This document shows, piece after piece, positions 56,969 through 64,000 of a stretch of 64,000 nt of DNA. The stretch is from Candidatus Peregrinibacteria bacterium. Its GTDB lineage: Bacteria; Patescibacteriota; Gracilibacteria; Peribacterales; Peribacteraceae. The notes below the pieces were generated by a model that worked only from the letters and a program-made list of their open reading frames with translations, searched no databases and was not told where the DNA came from. The stretch is from NCBI GenBank assembly GCA_043798355.1, contig JAZDOT010000010.1:53729-117728 (forward strand). The letters are read 5' to 3'. The number at the start of each line of letters is the position of its first letter. Positions within the stretch are counted from its first letter, which is position 1. The position numbers and the translations under genes are program-made.

Positions 56969-57967
56969 ATGACCTTTCCTCGGAGACTTCAGCAGGGTGA
57001 CACGGTCGGTGTCATTTCACCATCGTCTCCCTTGGCCTACTTCTGTCCAAGACGTCTCGCGCGTGGTGTTGCAGCAATGGAGCAAATGGGTTTCACCATA
57101 TGCTTAAGCCAAAACGCCACGGCGAGAGAGGCGCACACCGCAGGGTCTATCTCACAACGTCTCAGTGATTTCCACTCTATGGTTGCAGATAATGAGGTGA
57201 AAGCAGTCATCGCAACGATCGGAGGGCTCAATGCGAATCAGCTCATCGATCATCTCGATTACGCGCTCATCGCGGCTCATCCGAAAATTTACCTCGGATA
57301 TAGTGACATCACGGTTTTGCTGAATGCGATCACTGCGCGCACCGGACTCGTGACATACCTCGGCCCTACCGTTCTACCTCAATTCGGAGAGTTTGGTGGT
57401 TTGCTGCCTTTTACAAAGAATGCTTTTCAGCAGACACTCATGCAAAGTGAGCCCTATTCACTTCCAGTTTCCGAGAAATGGACCGACGAACTTACGTTGT
57501 GGGATAAAGAGGACGATCGTCCGCGAACCATGAAGGATAACTCCGGACTTACGGTGATGAAACCCGGGCAGACGGAGGGTCAACTCCTTGGAGGTAATCT
57601 CGGAACGTTCCTTCTCTTGGCAGGCACGGAGCACATGCCGAATCTCGATGGTGCCATTCTTTGTGTTGAGGAGGATGAAGTGGAAACACCTGCAACGGTT
57701 GATCGCTTGTTTTTCCATCTTCGTCAGATAGGAGCATTCCAACGCATCCGCGGTATGCTCATCGGTCGGTTCCATAGCAAAGTTGGTTTCAATGATTCGG
57801 ACACTCTGGAAAAAATTGTTCTCTCTGCAACTGAAGGGTACAGCTTTCCCATTCTCTCCGGTCTCGATTTCGGGCATACAGATCCCATGTTGACCCTGCC
57901 GATCGGTGGGCATTGTGTGATGGATACTGCAAAGAAGAGCATTATCCTTTCTGAATTCATCGGATGA
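56969..57967 (+). CDS. S66 family peptidase (MccF/LdcA-like)
   Basis: IGGLNA, GYSDIT, GGNL, VEED, DFGHTDP. Confidence 0.92.
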   Translation: MTFPRRLQQGDTVGVISPSSPLAYFCPRRLARGVAAMEQMGFTICLSQNATAREAHTAGSISQRLSDFHSMVADNEVKAVIATIGGLNANQLIDHLDYALIAAHPKIYLGYSDITVLLNAITARTGLVTYLGPTVLPQFGEFGGLLPFTKNAFQQTLMQSEPYSLPVSEKWTDELTLWDKEDDRPRTMKDNSGLTVMKPGQTEGQLLGGNLGTFLLLAGTEHMPNLDGAILCVEEDEVETPATVDRLFFHLRQIGAFQRIRGMLIGRFHSKVGFNDSDTLEKIVLSATEGYSFPILSGLDFGHTDPMLTLPIGGHCVMDTAKKSIILSEFIG

Positions 57968-58241
57968 TCAATCGCGCAAATTGAAAAATTCCACAGCATT
58001 CTTTCCGAGAACTTTCCGTTGATCATCTGGACTAAGAACACGACGTATCCGTTCAATGGAATCCCAACGTAAATCATCCCAGTCATTCTCTGCGCCGACA
58101 TTCCAGCGGTAATCCGTACAGTGGGAACGGAATGCCAAGCAGGAGGAAAACAGGAAGGTTGATCGTCGAAGCGCCCCCTCCCGACATCGCGCTCAGGAAT
58201 GTGGCGAAGAGCGTCACGCAGAAGATAGCGAGGAATTTCAT
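57968..58241 (-). pseudogene. TauE/SafE-like transporter remnant
   Basis: MKFLAIFCVTLFATFLSAMSGGGASTINLPVFLLLGIP, then an early stop. Confidence 0.5.
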
Positions 58242-58367
58242 GAGTACAACATATGCCTTTTGTCGCTGTGTCGCTATTGTGCGCAGACGATAGCGAGCAA
58301 AAACGCCTTGTTAAGAAATCCGTCATCCTCTATTGACGGATATATTTACTTTCGCTATCCTGCCTCT

Positions 58368-59153
58368 ATGACATTCGATCCTCACCATCTCCGGCGACTA
58401 CGGAAAAAACGAAACATTTCCCAGGAGGAAATGGCCGGGGAAATCGGCATTTCGCGCCCTACATACCTTCAGATCGAGAAGGGGGAGCGCGAATTGACCG
58501 TGACCGAAGCGCAGAAGCTTGCCGGGATTTTTGGTATGAGCTTGGAAGATTTTCTCGGAGGAAAAGAATCGCAGTTTGCGTTGCCGACGTTGCCTTCTCA
58601 TCGGAAAATGGTGGAGGGGAAGACGGATATGCGCATCAATGTTCCGCAAGAACGGATGGAGAAGTTCAGGGAGGTGCTGCTCTACATTTTGCAAAAAATC
58701 GGGGCGAAACCGAATGTCGGGGAAACGGTCATTTACAAAATCCTCTATTTCATCGATTTTGATTTCTATGAGAAGTTCGAAGAGCAATTGATGGGGTTGA
58801 AGTACATCAAAAATCATCACGGTCCGTCCCCCGTCGGTTTCACTGAAATGGTTGCCAGGATGGAACAGGATGGAGATTTAATGAGAGTGAAAAGCAAATA
58901 TTTTCAGTATGATCAGAAGAAGTACATGCCGCTGCGCGCGCCGGATCTGTCGAAGATTGATTCGCGCGAATTGCAGCACATCGATGTGGAGCTATCCCGG
59001 TTATCGGATATGAATGCGGCGCAAATCCGCGAATTCTCTCACGGGGATCTTCCGTGGATCGTGCACAAGACAGGAGAGCCACTGGAATACGAATGCGCAT
59101 TCTATCGTGAGCAGCCCTATTCCATGCGCAGCTATGCAGACGATCCGCTTTGA
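58368..59153 (+). CDS. HTH + Panacea (DUF4065/SocA-like) antitoxin
   Basis: XRE HTH; KILYFIDF..YIKNHHGPSP..SHGDLPW; TTGACG-N17-TATCCT promoter. Confidence 0.85.
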   Translation: MTFDPHHLRRLRKKRNISQEEMAGEIGISRPTYLQIEKGERELTVTEAQKLAGIFGMSLEDFLGGKESQFALPTLPSHRKMVEGKTDMRINVPQERMEKFREVLLYILQKIGAKPNVGETVIYKILYFIDFDFYEKFEEQLMGLKYIKNHHGPSPVGFTEMVARMEQDGDLMRVKSKYFQYDQKKYMPLRAPDLSKIDSRELQHIDVELSRLSDMNAAQIREFSHGDLPWIVHKTGEPLEYECAFYREQPYSMRSYADDPL

Positions 59154-59481
59154 ATTCTTGCTTGCATTTCAGAAAGAATTTGCACGATTATCACGCAAAT
59201 TTCGTTCGCTTCCCGCGGATTTCGAATATTTCAAGCAGTACATCATCACTCCCAATCCCGCAGGACCCAGCCAGCACCGTACAGTCCTTTATCGCGGTGA
59301 GGGGCTGTGTATCGTCAAAGGACACTTGTTCTGCAGGTCGCTGCGGCGTGATTCCCTGCGCATCATCTATGCATACCACGCGGATCGCATCACGATTGTG
59401 TGGATCGAGGTGTATCACAAAGCCGAAAAGGCCAATGAGGACCGGGCGCGTATCGCGGAATATGTACGATCACTCGGCTGA
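59134..59481 (+). CDS. RelE/ParE-like toxin
   Basis: FQKEFARLSRKFRSL..LRIIYAY..IEVYHKAEK; overlaps the antitoxin stop. Confidence 0.75.
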   Translation: MQTIRFEFLLAFQKEFARLSRKFRSLPADFEYFKQYIITPNPAGPSQHRTVLYRGEGLCIVKGHLFCRSLRRDSLRIIYAYHADRITIVWIEVYHKAEKANEDRARIAEYVRSLG

Positions 59482-59494
59482 TCTCCATGTAGGT

Positions 59495-60823
59495 TCATGC
59501 GCACATTTTTGCCGGGTTCAGAGCCTCCTGCAGTTTCTCGAGCGGGATCTTCGTCTTCTTCTCCGCGATCGCGAGGATGGTCTCTTTTTTTGCGAGTGCT
59601 TCCTTCACGATGGCAGCGGACTGGTCGTAACCGATGAGGGGGTTCAAGGCCGTCGCCAACATGGGATTCTTCCCCGAACGTTCGGAGATGAGTGCGCGAT
59701 TTGCTTCTATTCCCCGGACGCACTTCTCTTCGAAGACCGCACTCACATTCGCGAGGTGTCTGATGCCGGAGAGGAGCGAATGCGCAATAACCGGCATGGC
59801 CGTATTGAGTTCGAACGCGCTCCCGATCGCGAGGCCGGCGTGCACGGTGGCGTCCATCCCCGTGATTTCCATGGCGACCTGCAGGACACTCTCGCACAGA
59901 ACCGGGTTCACTTTCCCCGGCATGATGGAGGACCCGGCCTGGAGGGCCGGGAGGAAGAGTTCGGCAAGTCCCGCGACCGGGCCGGATCCCATGAGGCGGA
60001 TGTCGCTTGCGATCTTCGTAAGAGCAGTCGTCGTCTCTTTGAGCGCTCCCGCTACGGACGAGAATGCGAGTGGACAGCTCTGCGCTGCGATGTGATTTTC
60101 CACTTCCCGCAGGGCTAAGCCTGTTTCCTTGGCAAGGCGTTCGATCACAGCCGGAGCGAAACGTTTATCCGCGTTGAGGCCGGTTCCCGCCGCCGTGCCT
60201 CCGAGCGGCAGCACGCAGAGATCAGAGATTGATTGCGTAAGCTTGTGCATCCCCTGACGGACGAGCGAGGCGTACGACAGAAATTCATCTCCCAGACGCA
60301 CGGGCACGGCATCCATGAGGTGTGTGCGCGCCGTTTTTATAATGTCCCGGAATTCCGCGCCTTTTGTTTCGAGTGACTCCGCGAGGAGCGTGAGGGCGGG
60401 GAGGAGCGCGTCCCGCAGCCCCTGCGCGCACGCGATCTGGATGGCCGTCGGGATGACGTCGTTACTCGACTGGCAGCGGTTCACGTGGTCGTTGGGGTGG
60501 ACCGCCTGTCCGTCCTTCGAGGCGAGATGGGCGATCACTTCGTTCATGTTCATATTGGTCGACGTGCCCGATCCCGTCTGGAAGATATCGATGGGGAACT
60601 GATCATGATGTTCCCTTCTCCGTATGGCCTGCGCCGAAGCCTCGATCGCTTCCGCACAGGATGCCGGGATCAATCCCAGTTCTCCGTTGACCGCCGCCGC
60701 ATGTTCTTTGATGAGGGCGAGAGCACTGAGAAATTCGGAAGGCATCTCTATCCCCGAGATCGGGAAGTTCTGGATGGCGAGGGCCGTTTCTTTGCCGTAG
60801 AGAGGGGGGGGCGCTGCGACCAT
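59495..60823 (-). CDS. fumC: Class II fumarate hydratase
   Basis: QTGSGTSTNMNMNEV, HPNDHVN, THLMDA, GSSIMPGKVNP. Confidence 0.93.
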   Translation of the reverse strand: MVAAPPPLYGKETALAIQNFPISGIEMPSEFLSALALIKEHAAAVNGELGLIPASCAEAIEASAQAIRRREHHDQFPIDIFQTGSGTSTNMNMNEVIAHLASKDGQAVHPNDHVNRCQSSNDVIPTAIQIACAQGLRDALLPALTLLAESLETKGAEFRDIIKTARTHLMDAVPVRLGDEFLSYASLVRQGMHKLTQSISDLCVLPLGGTAAGTGLNADKRFAPAVIERLAKETGLALREVENHIAAQSCPLAFSSVAGALKETTTALTKIASDIRLMGSGPVAGLAELFLPALQAGSSIMPGKVNPVLCESVLQVAMEITGMDATVHAGLAIGSAFELNTAMPVIAHSLLSGIRHLANVSAVFEEKCVRGIEANRALISERSGKNPMLATALNPLIGYDQSAAIVKEALAKKETILAIAEKKTKIPLEKLQEALNPAKMCA

Positions 60824-60889
60824 GTACGCACCATCATAGCACCCTCTATCGGACGGTTTCCGTGCGTGCAGACGTTGATTTTTCCACGC

Positions 60890-61444
60890 CTATTGCGGGG
60901 GGAGTGAGCTCGAACTCCAGAGGATGTGCGTATGGCGGCCGCCCTTTGATCCGCGGCGGCAAAGGGCACTGTCGAGCCTGTGACGGGTTTCGATGTTACA
61001 AGCGTCCAATTGTTCCCCAGGATCATCGTCACGCTCACGTTGCCTCGCCGTTTGTCTGTCCATGCTTTCGGGCGTGGTTGCCTCACGGGCAAGCTTCATT
61101 TGCTCTGCTGCCGCAGAGAAGACATCAACGAGAGGACGATCAACGTTCTTTCCGTGTGATTCTCTCAGCAGGGGGAAAATGTCGTATTCAACAACACTTT
61201 CCACCATATGCCCGGCAACGTGCAGATTCAATCCTCTGTTCACTTCATCCATCCACATTCCCAGAAGTTCCCGGGTGCACAATTCTATGACTCTTTCTCC
61301 ATCCGTGTTCCCGCGGAGGACAGGTCGCAGTTTTTGCGCGATGCCGCGCTTCAATTGCTCTCTCTGTTTTTCCTGTTCTTCGTGTTGCCTGTGAACATTC
61401 GGGCCTCGTCCTTGGCGGCCTGTTTCATGAGCATGGGAAGGCAT
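60890..61444 (-). CDS. Hypothetical protein
   Basis: 184-aa ORF with an AT-rich upstream region. Confidence 0.5.
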   Translation of the reverse strand: MPSHAHETGRQGRGPNVHRQHEEQEKQREQLKRGIAQKLRPVLRGNTDGERVIELCTRELLGMWMDEVNRGLNLHVAGHMVESVVEYDIFPLLRESHGKNVDRPLVDVFSAAAEQMKLAREATTPESMDRQTARQRERDDDPGEQLDACNIETRHRLDSALCRRGSKGGRHTHILWSSSSLPPQ

Positions 61445-61558
61445 AGTGTTTCTCTTGGTATTTAATACTATTATACATTAATTACTTGTTTATGTAAAAC
61501 ATCAAAATCGCGGTTTCCTTTCAGACGAAGAGCTCCTTCGTTACCATTCTCGTGTTCC

Positions 61559-61858
61559 ATGGCTCTCACTTCCTCCCAGGTCCGGCACATCGCTGCGCTC
61601 GCGCGCCTCACGCTTTCGGATGCCGAGGTTGAGCGGTTTACTGTGGAGCTCTCGTCCATCCTCGACTACGTATCCAAACTTCAGGAAGTGGATACGTCGT
61701 CGGTCGAAGCGTCCGCGCAGATCACGGGTCTCTCCGGCGTCGTGCGTCCGGACGCATTGATTCCTTCTTCATGCACGACGGACATGCTCCTCGGCACCAG
61801 TCCTTTGCCGATCGTGGAGCAGCAGATCGAAACGCCTTCCGCTCACGGATCACCTTGA
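61559..61858 (+). CDS. gatC: Asp/Glu-tRNA amidotransferase subunit C
   Basis: VRHIAALARL..LSSILDYVSKLQEVDT; upstream of gatA. Confidence 0.9.
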   Translation: MALTSSQVRHIAALARLTLSDAEVERFTVELSSILDYVSKLQEVDTSSVEASAQITGLSGVVRPDALIPSSCTTDMLLGTSPLPIVEQQIETPSAHGSP

Positions 61859-61875
61859 ACTTTTAACTATTAACC

Positions 61876-63429
61876 ATGAACAATGAACCCGAACCATTCA
61901 CTTTGCTTTCTTCCCTCTCCATCGCTGGGGCACATGAGAAACTTCGCAAGAAGACGATCTCTGCCGAAGAACTGACGCGCGCCTGCATCGAGCGAATCGA
62001 ACAGGTGGACGGGGCGCTGCATGCCGTCGTGCATCGGAATTTCGAACATGCTCTGAAAGAGGCTAAAACAATCGATGCCAAGGGAACATTTGATCATCCG
62101 CTCACGGGGATCCCCTACCTCGCCAAAGATATTTTCTGCGAGGCGGGCGTACCCACGACAGCGTGCTCCAATGTTTTGCGGGACCCCTCTTCGCCCTCCG
62201 GGCTCCGCGGGGCAGGTAAAGATTACATTCCTCCGTTCGATTCCACGACGACGAAGAGACTGAAAGCGGTCGGTGCCATCAGTCTCGGCAAGGCGAATAC
62301 GGATGAGTTCACGATGGGCTGCTCCACGGAAACCTCCTGCTTCGGCGTCACGAAAAATCCGTGGGACAAGAGCCGTGTTGCCGGAGGATCATCCGGGGGA
62401 TCCGCGGCGGCGGTCGCGGCGGACGAGTGCCTGTTCGCACTCGGAACCGATACGGGCGGGAGCATCCGCCAGCCGGCGCACTTCTGCGGGTGTGCGGGGC
62501 TGAAAGTCACCTACGGCCGCACCAGTCGATCTGGCGTCATGAGCATGGCGAGTTCGCTGGATTCCATCGGAACGCTCGCAAAAAACAGCGAGGACGCAGC
62601 CATCGTTCTGTCTGCGATCGCCGGGCATGATCCGCTCGATGCGACGACGGGGGACGTTCCCGTTCCTGCGTACAGGGCAGGCCTCGCGAAAGGCGTCAAA
62701 GGGCTGAGGATAGGGCTCCCGAAGGAGTACTTCATCGACGGCATGGACGGCGATGTCGAGCGTTCCGTCCGTGATGCGGCGGAGACATTCGCCTCACTCG
62801 GGGCCGAAATTGTCGATGTGAGTTTGTCACACACCCCCTTCGCGCTCGCTGCGTACTACGTCATTTGTCCGAGCGAAGTGAGCTCGAACATGGCGCGCTA
62901 CGACGGGGTGCGGTTCGGGCGGAGCGGCGGTGATGCCAAAAGCTTAACGGAATACTACGAGCGCGCGCGGTCGGGCGGTTTTGGTGCCGAGGTGAAGCGC
63001 CGCATCATGATCGGGACGTACGCGCTCTCGGCCGGGTACTATGACAAGTACTACCGTCAGGCGCAGAAGGTCCGCGCGCTCGTGAAGCGCGATTTTGAAG
63101 AGGCATTCCGCGTAGTCGATGTCATCCTCGCTCCGGTCGCTCCCACTCCGGCATTCACGATCGGCGCACACCAGAACGATCCCGTGCAGATGTACCTGGA
63201 AGATATCTTCACCGTCACTGCAAACCTTGCCGGTATTCCAGGTATTTCCATCCCATGCGGAATGACTTCGAAGCGGGCAGAAGCCCATTCGACAAGCTCA
63301 GGGCAAGTGCCAGCTCTGCCGATCGGCATGCAGCTCCTTGGGTCGCAGTGGGGGGAAGAAACAATTCTGCGTGCTGCGTACGCTTTCGAGCGGGTGACCG
63401 AGTGGCACACGAAAAAACCGCTGTTATAA
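61876..63429 (+). CDS. gatA: Asp/Glu-tRNA amidotransferase subunit A
   Basis: GGSSGGSAAAVA, GTDTGGSIRQPA, SSNMARYDG, EVKRRIMIGTY. Confidence 0.97.
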   Translation: MNNEPEPFTLLSSLSIAGAHEKLRKKTISAEELTRACIERIEQVDGALHAVVHRNFEHALKEAKTIDAKGTFDHPLTGIPYLAKDIFCEAGVPTTACSNVLRDPSSPSGLRGAGKDYIPPFDSTTTKRLKAVGAISLGKANTDEFTMGCSTETSCFGVTKNPWDKSRVAGGSSGGSAAAVAADECLFALGTDTGGSIRQPAHFCGCAGLKVTYGRTSRSGVMSMASSLDSIGTLAKNSEDAAIVLSAIAGHDPLDATTGDVPVPAYRAGLAKGVKGLRIGLPKEYFIDGMDGDVERSVRDAAETFASLGAEIVDVSLSHTPFALAAYYVICPSEVSSNMARYDGVRFGRSGGDAKSLTEYYERARSGGFGAEVKRRIMIGTYALSAGYYDKYYRQAQKVRALVKRDFEEAFRVVDVILAPVAPTPAFTIGAHQNDPVQMYLEDIFTVTANLAGIPGISIPCGMTSKRAEAHSTSSGQVPALPIGMQLLGSQWGEETILRAAYAFERVTEWHTKKPLL

Positions 63430-63439
63430 GACAGTCGAA

Positions 63440-63514
63440 TGGTGACCCTGGCGGGAATTGAACCTGCATTTATCCCTTAGGAGAGGATTGTTCTATCCAT
63501 TGAACTACAGGGTC
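63440..63514 (-). tRNA. tRNA-Arg (CCT)
   Basis: Acceptor GACCCTG/CAGGGTC; anticodon loop CTCCTAA; GGTTCAATTCC; CCA end. Confidence 0.93.
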
Positions 63515-63558
63515 ACGTCCCAAAGCGTACCTCATTTTCAATGATCCATTACCAATTA

Positions 63559-64000
63559 TCAATTTTTCTTCAAGACCACGACCTCCCTCCCCTCCTGCGG
63601 CAACGAACTCTTCCCCTTCAGTTTGAACTCGGGAACGGATTCTTTGCCTACCGCTCCGCATACCTTCAGAACCTCGCGGAAATCGTCCTCGTCTTTGGTT
63701 TGGAGCGGGATGAGGACGCGGGGGTCCACTTCGTCGATGAGCTTCTGGACGATCTTCAGGTCTTCGGCGGGGAGGCATAACACGTCGATGTCCCCGAGGA
63801 GTTCGATTTCATAGTCCGACCATTCGTGGAGCGGGGGGGCGATGAAGGCGGTGCGCACCCCTTCCAGTTCCACGACGAACGATACCTTGGCTCCGTCATT
63901 GTGTCCGATGCCGCGGATAGTCATGCCGTCCATGTCGTACTCTCCCGGCCATGAGATGGTTCCCTCCTCCGGAACCTCATCGGGAGACGATTTCAAAATG
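63559..64000 (-). CDS. MBL-fold hydrolase-like protein (5'-partial)
   Basis: WPGEYD..IRGI..LEGVR..GDIDVL..PRVLIP. Confidence 0.7.
   Translation of the reverse strand, partial: ILKSSPDEVPEEGTISWPGEYDMDGMTIRGIGHNDGAKVSFVVELEGVRTAFIAPPLHEWSDYEIELLGDIDVLCLPAEDLKIVQKLIDEVDPRVLIPLQTKDEDDFREVLKVCGAVGKESVPEFKLKGKSSLPQEGREVVVLKKN

Noticed and set aside
1-64000. Alternative genetic code (UGA read as Gly) as in Gracilibacteria
   Set aside because: Conserved genes are full length under code 11, and several end at TGA at the expected position.

Overview
Bacterial chromosome segment using the standard code (TGA is a stop). Gene content, mostly SD-less or leaderless starts and the repeat types suggest a CPR/Patescibacteria genome, Peregrinibacteria/Peribacteria-like; this is inference only. 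Positions 1-31.8 kb and 59.5-64 kb are housekeeping genes: pdxT, comM/yraN, pgl/zwf, SAM-I riboswitch-metK, serS, uvrB, galU, uppP, recJ, dnaJ, hup, topA, fumC, gatCA, tRNA-Trp and tRNA-Arg. They are peppered with 6/7-mer repeat tracts and short palindromes. An island of about 27.5 kb starts at the 3' end of tRNA-Trp (31975 to about 59485) and has three parts. (i) A serine-recombinase element (attL 31975, attR 39008) carries a PstI/BsuBI-like R-M system, a LexA-like repressor and a CdnE/Cap15-type CBASS, plus an inverted internal copy of its own attP. (ii) A CRISPR-less locus encodes an HTH-ATPase-Csx3-Csx3-nucleotidyltransferase fusion, a DEAH/HrpA-like helicase and a stand-alone tandem-Csx3 protein; this is the best candidate for an undescribed system. 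(iii) A second serine recombinase is followed by cargo blocks separated by three 104-bp att-like direct repeats. Family calls come from motif recognition by eye, not from database searches.
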